A DNA stretch of 64,000 bases from an uncultured Pelagibacteraceae bacterium. Its GTDB lineage: Bacteria > Pseudomonadota > Alphaproteobacteria > Pelagibacterales > Pelagibacteraceae. Location: NCBI GenBank assembly GCA_902511185.1, contig CABXEK010000001.1:6645-70644 (forward strand), in the 5' to 3' direction. Shown here piece after piece: positions 1 through 9,296 of this stretch (the stretch's first letter is position 1; each line of letters begins with the position of its first letter). The notes beneath the pieces were generated by a model. That model searched no databases. It saw only the letters and a program-made list of their open reading frames with translations, and was not told the origin of the DNA. Both the position numbers and the translations under genes were made by a program.

Positions 1-34
1 GCTTATTGGCTCCGAAGACTTCTAGTTTTTGCAT
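1..34 (-). CDS. murA: UDP-N-acetylglucosamine 1-carboxyvinyltransferase, 5' end only (runs off window)
   Basis: ATG at 34 reads MQKLEVFGANK, resembling a MurA N-terminus; starts 2 nt after the dcd stop; only 11 codons visible. Confidence 0.55.
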   Translation of the reverse strand, partial: MQKLEVFGANK

Positions 35-36
35 AA

Positions 37-591
37 CTATACTTTAGGTAAAGTTACTCCAGTTTGACCCATATATTTTCCATTTCGATCGGCATATGTC
101 ACTTCTGGTTTTTCATTACCTTTCAAAAAGATAAATTGAGCAACACCTTCATTTGCATAAATTTTTGCAGGCAACGGTGTTGTGTTAGAAAATTCAAGTG
201 TTACATAACCTTCCCATCCTGGCTCTAAAGGCGTTACATTAACTATAATTCCACATCTTGCATAAGTAGATTTACCAAGACAAATAACTAATACATCATC
301 TGGAATTTTAAACTTTTCAACTGTCCTTGCTAAAACAAATGAATTTGGTGGAATAATACATTCTGATACATTTTTTGTAACAAAGTTTGTTGGTTTAAAA
401 TTTTTTGGATCTACAATTTCTGAATTTACGTTAGTAAAAATCTTAAACTCATCCGAAACTCTTGCATCATAACCAAATGATGACAGTCCATAAGAAATAC
501 TATCTCCTCTGACTTGTTTTTCCTCAAAAGGTGAAATCATACCTTCCTCTTTGGACATTTTTCTAATCCACTTATCTGAAAGAACTGACAT
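37..591 (-). CDS. dcd: dCTP deaminase
   Basis: [19 protein letters not shown] and TPLEPGWEG motifs. Confidence 0.97.
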   Translation of the reverse strand: MSVLSDKWIRKMSKEEGMISPFEEKQVRGDSISYGLSSFGYDARVSDEFKIFTNVNSEIVDPKNFKPTNFVTKNVSECIIPPNSFVLARTVEKFKIPDDVLVICLGKSTYARCGIIVNVTPLEPGWEGYVTLEFSNTTPLPAKIYANEGVAQFIFLKGNEKPEVTYADRNGKYMGQTGVTLPKV

Positions 592-692
592 TATTTATTT
601 TTCTTCTTTGTTTTATTTTGAAAAAGTTTTCGTTTTTTTAAATTTTTTCTTAACGCTAAGCTTAAACGCTCATTTTTTTCCTTAGAATTCAT
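591..692 (-). CDS. 33-aa basic small protein (not in ORF track)
   Basis: Manual translation [33 protein letters not shown]; ATGA overlap with the upstream ORF and TAATG overlap with dcd; fills the gap exactly. Confidence 0.7.
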   Translation of the reverse strand: MNSKEKNERLSLALRKNLKKRKLFQNKTKKKNK

Positions 693-889
693 TCTTTATC
701 TGGATTGGTAAGAAAGTCTAAAGTTATAGGCTTTGACGCATCTAAAGTTTTAGGTTTAACTTCCTCTTCTTTGGGGCCTTCTTTTGCTAAACGTTTAGCT
801 TTTTTCTCAGCAAGCTTCTTTTCTCTTTTGGCTTGCTTCTCCATAAGCTTATTTCCTTTAGTAGATTTATAATCGTAATGAATTCCCAT
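689..889 (-). CDS. small Lys/Glu-rich hypothetical protein
   Basis: 66-aa ORF with GAGGA Shine-Dalgarno-like sequence upstream; coupled to the next ORF. Confidence 0.75.
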   Translation of the reverse strand: MGIHYDYKSTKGNKLMEKQAKREKKLAEKKAKRLAKEGPKEEEVKPKTLDASKPITLDFLTNPDKE

Positions 890-989
890 AAAATTTTCCT
901 CACGTAGGTATAAAGCATATTCATCAAAAAATTAAGGCAATATTTTGAAAAAAATGCTTTATTATTAGTAAATATTATTTTGATCATAA

Positions 990-1063
990 GCTCCTATAGA
1001 TAAATGGTATATCAAGTCATTGGTAATGACTAATTCCCTGGTCAGTACAGGGTGGGAGCACCA
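990..1063 (+). tRNA. tRNA-Thr(GGU), atypical T-loop
   Basis: Acceptor GCTCCTA/TGGGAGC, D-stem GATA/TATC, anticodon stem AGTCA/TGACT with loop TTGGTAA, T-stem CCCTG/CAGGG, ends ACCA. Confidence 0.9.
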
Positions 1064-1066
1064 TAA

Positions 1067-1789
1067 TTAATTTTTATAGAAAAGTTTTCTTAAAAAAACG
1101 GATAATAAAACTAACCCAACAAAAGCTAAAATTGGTAAATAAATATCTACTGAAAAAATAATATCTGTTATTCCAGGAATTTCTGAATTTTGATCAATAA
1201 CTTTTTCTAAGCCACTACCGATGGAAACTCCTAGGAATATTTGAGGTATAATTCCAATTAAAGTTGCAAAGAAAAAATTAATTAATTTTACATTAAAAAT
1301 AGTTGGTAATAGACAACTTAATTGCCAAGGTATTCCTCCTATAAAACGATATAACAATAAATAAATAAATTCTGATTTTTTAAATTTTTGTTCAAGGTTT
1401 TTAAATCTATTTAAAAATTTTTCTCTAATTAGATCTTTTAAAAAATAATTACCAAATAAATAAATAAAAGTTGCACCAATACTTAATCCTAAAACAACAA
1501 GTAATGTTCCAATCCATTTTCCAAAAATAAAACCACCTAATAGCGCAACAGGCGATCCAAATCCTAAAAATGGAAATACCCATAATATTGTTAGTGTCAA
1601 AAAAATTAGTGATAATAAAAATAAATTAGATTTTTTAAGTTCAAAAAAATAGGATCTATTTTCTTTAATAAAATCATAAGAAGTTAGTTCTTGAAGGCTA
1701 AATTTTGAAAAGAAAAAATATAGAAATAAGCAAACAGCTGTAAGATAAAATAATCCAATAAATATTTTAATTTTTTTAGCTTTTTCCAT
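1067..1789 (-). CDS. TVP38/TMEM64 (VTT/DedA superfamily) membrane protein
   Basis: Multiple TM helices, GGFIFG...G, LLYRFIGGIP and FFFATLIGIIP pattern. Confidence 0.85.
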   Translation of the reverse strand: MEKAKKIKIFIGLFYLTAVCLFLYFFFSKFSLQELTSYDFIKENRSYFFELKKSNLFLLSLIFLTLTILWVFPFLGFGSPVALLGGFIFGKWIGTLLVVLGLSIGATFIYLFGNYFLKDLIREKFLNRFKNLEQKFKKSEFIYLLLYRFIGGIPWQLSCLLPTIFNVKLINFFFATLIGIIPQIFLGVSIGSGLEKVIDQNSEIPGITDIIFSVDIYLPILAFVGLVLLSVFLRKLFYKN

Positions 1790-1820
1790 TAAATACGATG
1801 CTAATTTTAAAATCTTCTAT

Positions 1821-1849
1821 TTGCTATTTATATATTTAATTACTATAAA
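1821..1849 (+). promoter_or_regulatory. putative sigma70 promoter of the rpmH operon
   Basis: TTGCTA-17 nt-TATAAA, 32 nt upstream of the rpmH ATG; AT-rich background lowers specificity. Confidence 0.5.
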
Positions 1850-1881
1850 GAGCGAAAAATTAATAAATTTTAATCACTTTT

Positions 1882-2022
1882 ATGAAACGAACTTATCAAC
1901 CATCTAACGTTAAAAGAGCTAGAAAACATGGCTTTAGGTCAAAAATGAAGACTAAGGGTGGACAAAAACTTTTAGCTAGAAGAAGAGCAAGAGGAAGAAA
2001 ATCGTTAACTGTATCAGTCTAG
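1882..2022 (+). CDS. rpmH: 50S ribosomal protein L34 (not in ORF track)
   Basis: Manual translation [46 protein letters not shown]; upstream of rnpA. Confidence 0.98.
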   Translation: MKRTYQPSNVKRARKHGFRSKMKTKGGQKLLARRRARGRKSLTVSV

Positions 2023-2026
2023 ATAA

Positions 2027-2368
2027 ATGAAAAGCAAAATACTTGCTCTTTCAAAAAATGAAGAATTTAAAAATCTACTAAAGCAAAAAAAGATATCTAA
2101 TAAATACGTTACTATTTTTTTTGGTAAACTAGCTGATAAAGATGATAGCAAACTTAATATTAGTTTTGTAACTAAGAAGAAAATAGGTAATGCAGTAAAA
2201 AGAAATAAAATTAAACGTAGATTAAGAAATATTGTTAATGAAGCAGTAAAAAAAGTAACATTAAAATTTAACTATTCATATCTTGTTATTGCTAAGTCAA
2301 CTATGCTAAACAATGAGTACAAAAATATAAAAGAAACTCTATTTCAGGATTTAGAAAAAATTAAATAA
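2027..2368 (+). CDS. rnpA: ribonuclease P protein component
   Basis: KKIGNAVKRNKIKRRLR RNR motif; synteny. Confidence 0.97.
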   Translation: MKSKILALSKNEEFKNLLKQKKISNKYVTIFFGKLADKDDSKLNISFVTKKKIGNAVKRNKIKRRLRNIVNEAVKKVTLKFNYSYLVIAKSTMLNNEYKNIKETLFQDLEKIK

Positions 2369-2619
2369 TGAACATTTTCACAATTATTTTAATTAAATTT
2401 ATCAAAGGATATAAATTTCTTATCAGCCCATTACTTGGCCATTCATGTAGATATTTACCAACTTGTTCAGAATATAGTATAGAGGCTTTAAAAGAATTTG
2501 GTTTAGTTAAGGGAAGTTTTATGAGCTTAAAAAGAATTTTATCGTGCCATCCAATAAAGTTTTTAGGAGGTGGAAATGGTTTTGATCCAGTTAAAAAAGA
2601 AATGAAAGCTAAAAAATAA
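2368..2619 (+). CDS. yidD: membrane protein insertion efficiency factor YidD
   Basis: CRYLPTCSEY and RILSCHP motifs. Confidence 0.96.
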   Translation: MNIFTIILIKFIKGYKFLISPLLGHSCRYLPTCSEYSIEALKEFGLVKGSFMSLKRILSCHPIKFLGGGNGFDPVKKEMKAKK

Positions 2620-4295
2620 TGGATACTAAAAACGTCATTGCAGCTATATCTTTATCAGCAGCCGTAATTATTCTGTATTCACTTTTCTTTGCGCCACCGC
2701 CAATTACTAAAGAACAATTAGCAGAAAAAAATAAAACTGAACAAAATACAGATGCACCCAGTTTAGATAAAAAAGAAACTATTACTGAAATTACAAGAGA
2801 AGAGGCTTTAAACCAAAGTAAAAGAATTCAATTTGAAAACCAAAGCATTGTTGGCTCAATTTCTTTAAAGGGTGCTGCAATCGATGACTTAACTTTTAAA
2901 AAATACAATATTGCCTTAGAAAGTGATGAGAAAGTTAAACTTTTATCACCAAGAAATACTAAAGATGGATACTTTATAGAAAGTGGATTTATAACCACAG
3001 ATAAAAATATTGAAATTCCAAATTCAAATTCATTATGGTCTATATCAGGAAACAGTAAACTAACTAATCAATCTCCTGTTAGATTATCCTGGACTAACGA
3101 TCAGGGAATTACTTTTGAAAAAGAGATAGCTTTAGATGACAAATTTTTATTCTCAATTAAACAAAAAGTAATTAATTCTACCAATAAAGAGTATGATTTC
3201 TATTCATACGGACAAATAATTAGAAAACAAATTCCTGATATATCAAACTTCTATATCCTTCATGAAGGACTTTTGGCAACATTAGATGATGAGCTAATCG
3301 AAGAAGACTATGATGATATTCAAGAAGAAAAATTTTCAAGAACTTCACAAAAAGGATGGCTTGGAATATCTGATAAATTTTGGATCACTTCATTAATACC
3401 ACCAAGTGGTAAAGAATTTAAAACTACATTTGATTATAAAGATAAATTTAGGGCAAATTTTGTAGCAACTGAACCACTTGAGCTAAAAGGAAACTCTAGC
3501 ATTCAAGATGAGATGAAAATAATTGTTGCAGCAAAAAGAGTGGATGTAATTGATGGATACGCAGAGTCTTTAAATATAGATAAATTCGACTTAGCAATTG
3601 ATTGGGGTTTTTTATATTTTATTACTAAGCCTTTATTTTACGGGATAGATTACTTTTTTAAATTGCTTGGAAATTACGGTCTTGCAATCATTGCTATTAC
3701 TATTTGTATTCGGCTAGCATTCTTTCCACTTGCAAACTTTTCATTTAGAAGCATGGCGAAAATGAAAGCACTTCAGCCTGAAATGGTAAGACTTAAAGAT
3801 CTTCATAAAGACGATAAAATGAAATTACAGCAAGAGATGATGGCTCTTTATAAAAAAGAGAAAGTAAATCCTATGTCTGGATGTTTACCTATTCTAGTGC
3901 AAATTCCAGTATTTTTTGCGTTATACAAAGTATTGTTTGTAACTATTGAAATGAGACAAATGCCGTTTTATGGATGGATACAAGATTTATCTGAAAGAGA
4001 TCCAACATCACTTTTTAATCTATTTGGCCTATTACCTTACGATGTTCCATCTTTCTTGATGATTGGTGCGTGGCCTATTGCAATGGGTGTATCAATGTTT
4101 ATTCAACAAAAACTTAACCCTGCTCCAACTGATCCTATGCAAGCAAAAATATTTATGTTTTTTCCACTTTTCCTAACAGTAATATTGGCACCATTTCCTT
4201 CAGGATTAGTAATATATTGGACTGTTAATAATATCTTAACAATGGCTCAACAAGTGTTCATTATGAAAAGAACTACTATTAAAACAACTACTTAA
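2619..4295 (+). CDS. yidC: membrane protein insertase YidC
   Basis: IDWG, NYGLAII, NPMSGCLPILVQIPVFFALY and GLVIYWTVNN motifs. Confidence 0.98.
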   Translation: MDTKNVIAAISLSAAVIILYSLFFAPPPITKEQLAEKNKTEQNTDAPSLDKKETITEITREEALNQSKRIQFENQSIVGSISLKGAAIDDLTFKKYNIALESDEKVKLLSPRNTKDGYFIESGFITTDKNIEIPNSNSLWSISGNSKLTNQSPVRLSWTNDQGITFEKEIALDDKFLFSIKQKVINSTNKEYDFYSYGQIIRKQIPDISNFYILHEGLLATLDDELIEEDYDDIQEEKFSRTSQKGWLGISDKFWITSLIPPSGKEFKTTFDYKDKFRANFVATEPLELKGNSSIQDEMKIIVAAKRVDVIDGYAESLNIDKFDLAIDWGFLYFITKPLFYGIDYFFKLLGNYGLAIIAITICIRLAFFPLANFSFRSMAKMKALQPEMVRLKDLHKDDKMKLQQEMMALYKKEKVNPMSGCLPILVQIPVFFALYKVLFVTIEMRQMPFYGWIQDLSERDPTSLFNLFGLLPYDVPSFLMIGAWPIAMGVSMFIQQKLNPAPTDPMQAKIFMFFPLFLTVILAPFPSGLVIYWTVNNILTMAQQVFIMKRTTIKTTT

Positions 4296-5161
4296 TGTTG
4301 GAAGTTAAAGAAGAAGAGTTAAAAAAAATCCTACCAACTGATGGTCCCTCTATTGATGAAGTAAAAAGATATCTTGAGAAATATAATGATGAATATATTG
4401 TTATTAAATGTGGTGGAAGCGTTTTAGTTGATCAAAATTTATTCAATATTTTTATAAAAGATATTGCAACATTAAATAAGTTAGGTTTCATTCCTATAAT
4501 TGTCCATGGTGGAGGTAAAAGAATAAGTAACAAATTAAATGAATTAGGAATTAAAAGTAAATTTATAAAAGGACTTCGAGTTACAGAAAAAGAAACAATT
4601 GAAGTAGTCGAGCAAGTTTTAATTGAATTTAATCAAGAAATAGTTAGAGCACTTAAAAAACAATCTTGTCAAAGTGAAACTATTAGCTCTAAAGATAATA
4701 GTATAATTAGTGTAGTAAAAGAAAATGATGAATTAGGATTTGTAGGGTCGCCAACTAAAATTAATAAAACTATTATTGATAAAATTGTTAATGATAGAAA
4801 AGTTCCAGTGATTGCACCCTTGGGATTAGATGAACGTAATCAAACTTATAATATAAATGCAGATACTGCAGCTGGCTCAATTGCAAAAAAAATTGAAGCA
4901 AGAAGATTAATCATTATGAGTGATGTTGAGGGTGTATTAGACAATAATCAAAAACTAATTTCTGAAATTAATTCATCTTCAATTAAAGAATTAATCGATA
5001 ATGAAACAATTACTGGGGGCATGATCCCCAAAATTAACAATTGTTTAGATGTTGCAAGTAATGGGGTAAAAGGTGTTGTAATTATTGATGGCCGAAAAAA
5101 CCACTCTATTCTTTTTGAGCTATTATCTGATAAAGGTTCAGGAACCCTAATAAGACAATGA
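4295..5161 (+). CDS. argB: acetylglutamate kinase
   Basis: VIKCGG, VHGGG, GLRVT, NINADTAA and GGMIPK motifs. Confidence 0.97.
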   Translation: MLEVKEEELKKILPTDGPSIDEVKRYLEKYNDEYIVIKCGGSVLVDQNLFNIFIKDIATLNKLGFIPIIVHGGGKRISNKLNELGIKSKFIKGLRVTEKETIEVVEQVLIEFNQEIVRALKKQSCQSETISSKDNSIISVVKENDELGFVGSPTKINKTIIDKIVNDRKVPVIAPLGLDERNQTYNINADTAAGSIAKKIEARRLIIMSDVEGVLDNNQKLISEINSSSIKELIDNETITGGMIPKINNCLDVASNGVKGVVIIDGRKNHSILFELLSDKGSGTLIRQ

Positions 5162-5829
5162 AAGATTTAATCGATATAAAATATTGGATATTTGACCTTG
5201 ATAACACTCTTTATAGTGGACAAACTCAGGTTTTTTCTGAAGTAGATAAAAAGATGTCTTCTTTTATCTCTAAAAAATTTAATGTTGATCTTATAAAAGC
5301 AAAAGAAATTCAAAAAAAATACTTCTATGAATATGGAACAACTCTCTCAGGGTTAATGAACCATGATAATATCGACCCAAAAGAATTTTTAGAATTTGTT
5401 CACGATATTGATATTAGTTGGTTACCAAAAGATGAGTTTTTAAGAGAAGAGCTTATTAAGATAAAAGAAAAAAAGATTATTTTTACTAACGGATCTCATG
5501 CTCACGTTGAAAATGTCACAAAACAACTTGGTATTGATGGATTATTTGATGGAGCCTTTGACATTACAGATGCAAATTATGTACCAAAACCACATCTAGA
5601 TCCATATCAAAAATTGATTAAAAAATTTGATTTAGATCCAAATCAATCGATTCTAATTGAAGATATCGCTCACAATTTAGAGCAAGCTAAAAATTTAGGA
5701 ATGAAAACTTGTTGGTTAGAAAATGAAGAAACTTTTGCCAAAAAGGACTCGGACAAACCATATATTGATTATAAGATTAAGAGCTTGCCTTCTTTTCTTC
5801 AAGAAATTAATATATTAAAGAACAATTAA
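5158..5829 (+). CDS. pyrimidine 5'-nucleotidase (HAD superfamily)
   Basis: WIFDLDNTLY, FTNG, PKP and IED...NL HAD motifs. Confidence 0.92.
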   Translation: MKDLIDIKYWIFDLDNTLYSGQTQVFSEVDKKMSSFISKKFNVDLIKAKEIQKKYFYEYGTTLSGLMNHDNIDPKEFLEFVHDIDISWLPKDEFLREELIKIKEKKIIFTNGSHAHVENVTKQLGIDGLFDGAFDITDANYVPKPHLDPYQKLIKKFDLDPNQSILIEDIAHNLEQAKNLGMKTCWLENEETFAKKDSDKPYIDYKIKSLPSFLQEINILKNN

Positions 5830-5851
5830 ATTAACTATCTAAATAAAAAAT

Positions 5852-6682
5852 ATGAGCGATATCGAAAAAATAATAAATAATGCGTGGGAAAATAGAGATA
5901 ACGTAAACCAAGATTCTGAACAAAGTTTAAAGGATACCATCAATCAAATGATTGCTGATTTAGATAGTGGTAAAGTTAGAGTTGCAGAAAAAATTAATGG
6001 GGAATGGGTTACCCATCAATATATTAAAAAAGCAATAATGTTAAGTTTTAGAATTTACCCAATGGAGAATTTAAACGGACCTTATAGTAGCTGGTATGAC
6101 AAAGCGCATTTACTAAAAGGTAAGACAGCTGGTTGGACAAAAGAAGATCATGAAAAAGCTGGATTTAGAATGGTACCAAATTCTCCTGTTAGAAAAGGAT
6201 CGTTTGTGGGTAAAAATGCAGTTCTAATGCCATGCTATGTGAATATCGGAGCTTATATTGACGAAGGTACTATGATGGATACATTTAGTCGTGCAGGTAG
6301 TTGTTGCCAAATAGGAAAAAATTGCCATATCTCAGCAGGAAGTGGAATTGGTGGAGTATTAGAGCCTGCTCAAGCATTACCAACTATTATTGAAGATAAT
6401 TGTTTTATTGGAGCAATGTCAGAAGTTGTTGAGGGTGTGATAGTTGGAGAAGGATCAGTTTTAAGTATGGGAATGTACATTGGGCAATCTACTAAAATAG
6501 TGAATAGACAAACTGGAGAAATAACATACGGAAAAATTCCTCCTTATTCTGTAGTTGTACCTGGATCATTGCCTGATAAAAATAATGCCTCTGCACCATC
6601 ACTCTATTGTGCAGTTATAATTAAACAGGTTGATGAAAAAACAAGATCAAAAACTTCTGTAAACGATCTTTTAAGAGAATAG
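5852..6682 (+). CDS. dapD: tetrahydrodipicolinate N-succinyltransferase
   Basis: GIGGVLEP, hexapeptide repeats, KTRSKTSVNDLLR C-terminus. Confidence 0.97.
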   Translation: MSDIEKIINNAWENRDNVNQDSEQSLKDTINQMIADLDSGKVRVAEKINGEWVTHQYIKKAIMLSFRIYPMENLNGPYSSWYDKAHLLKGKTAGWTKEDHEKAGFRMVPNSPVRKGSFVGKNAVLMPCYVNIGAYIDEGTMMDTFSRAGSCCQIGKNCHISAGSGIGGVLEPAQALPTIIEDNCFIGAMSEVVEGVIVGEGSVLSMGMYIGQSTKIVNRQTGEITYGKIPPYSVVVPGSLPDKNNASAPSLYCAVIIKQVDEKTRSKTSVNDLLRE

Positions 6683-6689
6683 ATTTATT

Positions 6690-7847
6690 ATGGCTACAAT
6701 TAATGAACTTCAATTAGCTAAAGAGCTAATTAAATTTCCAACTGTTACACCTATTGATGCTGGAATAATGAAGTTCTTAGAAAAAAAACTTAAAACACTT
6801 GGATTTAAAACTAAAATTTTAGAGTTTAAAGAAAAGAATAGTAAACCAGTGAAAAATCTTTACGCAAGACTTGGTAATAAAGGACCAAATTTTTGTTATG
6901 CGGGTCACTTAGATGTGGTCCCTGCAGGAAATTTAAAGGAATGGACGGTAAACCCATTTAAACCCTCTGTTAAAAAAGGATACTTAATTGGAAGAGGTGC
7001 TAATGACATGAAAAGCTCAATTGCTGCATTTGTTTCTGCTGTGAGTAATTTTGTTGCAAATAATAGAAAATTTAATGGTTCAATAAGCCTTTTAATTACA
7101 GGAGATGAAGAAGGTGTTGCAATTAATGGAACTAAAAAAGTAGTCGATTACTTAAAAAAGAAAAAAGAAAAAATAGATTTTTGCTTAGTGGGTGAGCCTA
7201 CTAATCCTAATAAGTTAGGTGAAATGATTAAAATAGGACGAAGAGGAAGTATGACTGGAAGACTTTCAATTATAGGAATTCAAGGTCATGTGGCTTATCC
7301 TCAAAGAGCAAATAATCCATCTACGGCACTTGTTCAAATTTTAAATGAATTAAAGGAGATTAAATTTGATAATGGTACAAAAGATTTTCAACCAACAAAT
7401 CTTGAAATTACTAAGATAGATATTGATAATTCTGCTGATAATGTAATCCCAGGCCTAGCTAATGCTAAATTTAATATAAGATTTAATAATAAACACACCT
7501 CAAGTTCTATAAAAAAGAAAATTGATAAAATTATTAAAAAAATAAGTAATGAAAATAAATCAAAATATAAAATTGATTATAGCGTTTCTGGAGAAGCATT
7601 TCTAACAAAACCAAATAATACAACATTTATGATTAGAGATATCATTAAAAAAATTACAAAAATTAAACCTCAGCTTTCAACAACTGGTGGTACTTCTGAT
7701 GCAAGATTTATTAGAAAAATAGCTCCTTGTTTAGAATTTGGTCTAGTGGGTAAAACGATGCATAAAGTAGATGAAACTGTTTCGTTGTCTGATTTAAAAA
7801 AGCTTACTATGATTTATTCAAATATTTTACAAAATTATTTTAAGTGA
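6690..7847 (+). CDS. dapE: succinyl-diaminopimelate desuccinylase
   Basis: GHLDVVP, GRGANDMK, GDEE, GRRGS, GGTSDARF and MHKVDE motifs. Confidence 0.97.
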   Translation: MATINELQLAKELIKFPTVTPIDAGIMKFLEKKLKTLGFKTKILEFKEKNSKPVKNLYARLGNKGPNFCYAGHLDVVPAGNLKEWTVNPFKPSVKKGYLIGRGANDMKSSIAAFVSAVSNFVANNRKFNGSISLLITGDEEGVAINGTKKVVDYLKKKKEKIDFCLVGEPTNPNKLGEMIKIGRRGSMTGRLSIIGIQGHVAYPQRANNPSTALVQILNELKEIKFDNGTKDFQPTNLEITKIDIDNSADNVIPGLANAKFNIRFNNKHTSSSIKKKIDKIIKKISNENKSKYKIDYSVSGEAFLTKPNNTTFMIRDIIKKITKIKPQLSTTGGTSDARFIRKIAPCLEFGLVGKTMHKVDETVSLSDLKKLTMIYSNILQNYFK

Positions 7848-8773
7848 AAACTGGTTTAGTCACCTCTGATACTTATCAAAATCATAATACAGGCAAAGGA
7901 CATCCAGAAAAAATTGATAGGGTTTCAGGTGTTATTGATAACTTTAAGAAAATTAATAACAAAGAATTAATTTGGAAAAAACCAACTAAATTTGATCAAT
8001 CTATTTTAATTAATACACACTCTTCAAAATATATAGATCTAGTCGATAAATCATTTCCAGAAAATGGCTTGGCTTTTCTTGATGGTGATACAGTAGTTTC
8101 ACCTGGTAGCAAAGATGCAACCAAAGATGCCGTAGGATCTATAATCACTGCCATCGATGGAGTTCAACAAAAAGAATTTAAAAATGCATTTTGTGCTGTA
8201 AGGCCGCCAGGTCATCATGCAGAAAAAGATAAAGCAATGGGATTTTGTATTTATAACAATGTTGCAGTTGGAGCTAATTATCTAATTGAAAAGTATAAGT
8301 ACAATAAAGTTGCAATTATTGATTTTGATGTTCATCATGGAAATGGAACACAAGACATTTTTTATGATAACAAAAAAGTATTATATATTTCAACACATCA
8401 ATATCCTTATTATCCTGGATCTGGCTCAGAAAAAGAAACAGGGAAGTTTAATAACATTTTAAATATACCCCTTGAAGCTGGTACTACTGCTGAGGCATAT
8501 TTAAATGCATATGAACATGTATTAAAAAAATTAAAAGAATTTAGACCTGAATTTCTATTATTTTCCGCAGGTTTTGACGCTCACATTGATGACCCTTTAG
8601 CCCAACTAAAACTTGGCTCAGAAGATTTTTATCAATTAACAAAAAGAACATTAGAAATTGCTAAATCATTATGTAATGGGAATGTGGTTTCAATTCTTGA
8701 AGGTGGCTATGATCTTAAAGCTCTTCAAGAAAGTACTCAACGACATGTCGACGCCCTGATAGAATTTAATTGA
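7844..8773 (+). CDS. Zn-dependent histone deacetylase family protein (class II-like/AcuC/amidohydrolase)
   Basis: HPE, RPPGHHA, GFCIYNN, DFDVHHGNGTQ, SAGFDAH and LEGGY motifs; GTG start. Confidence 0.96.
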   Translation: MKTGLVTSDTYQNHNTGKGHPEKIDRVSGVIDNFKKINNKELIWKKPTKFDQSILINTHSSKYIDLVDKSFPENGLAFLDGDTVVSPGSKDATKDAVGSIITAIDGVQQKEFKNAFCAVRPPGHHAEKDKAMGFCIYNNVAVGANYLIEKYKYNKVAIIDFDVHHGNGTQDIFYDNKKVLYISTHQYPYYPGSGSEKETGKFNNILNIPLEAGTTAEAYLNAYEHVLKKLKEFRPEFLLFSAGFDAHIDDPLAQLKLGSEDFYQLTKRTLEIAKSLCNGNVVSILEGGYDLKALQESTQRHVDALIEFN

Positions 8774-8804
8774 TAATTCAAATATAAACTCTAAAAAAAC
8801 CTTT

Positions 8805-9296
8805 ATGAAACTTTATAGAATTAAAAAGTCTAACATAGATAAAAAAGGTAGAGGGCTTTATGCAACTCAAGACATTAAAGCAGGTACCAAAATAATTGAT
8901 TATGTAGGAAAACTAATTACAAAAAAACAAACTGAAGAGTCAGATAAATATGATAATGGTAAGCCAATTTATTTATTCACTATCAATAAAAGATATGATC
9001 TAGATGGTGACTTTCCATGGAACACAGCAGGTTTAATTAATCATTCATGTAATAATAATTGTGATTATGACGGTAAAGGTCTTAAAATTTGGGTTAAAGC
9101 AATTAAAGATATCAAAAAAGGTGAAGAATTTACCTGTGACTATGGTTTTGGATTTGATGAAAACTACAAACAATTCCCGTGTAAATGTAAATCTAAAAAT
9201 TGTTGTGGTTATATAGTCCGATCAGAATCAAGATGGCGAATAAATAAAAAATTCGCAATGAGTAATAAGAATAAATTAATAAACAACTCTCGCTAA
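8805..9296 (+). CDS. SET-domain protein-lysine N-methyltransferase with post-SET Zn motif
   Basis: GRGLYA, INHSCNNN, GEEFTCDY and post-SET CKCKSKNC. Confidence 0.95.
   Translation: MKLYRIKKSNIDKKGRGLYATQDIKAGTKIIDYVGKLITKKQTEESDKYDNGKPIYLFTINKRYDLDGDFPWNTAGLINHSCNNNCDYDGKGLKIWVKAIKDIKKGEEFTCDYGFGFDENYKQFPCKCKSKNCCGYIVRSESRWRINKKFAMSNKNKLINNSR

Noticed and set aside
787-987. 66-aa minus-strand ORF overlapping 689..889
   Set aside because: Alternative frame with no recognisable features, spanning the promoter spacer; the other ORF has an RBS and coupling
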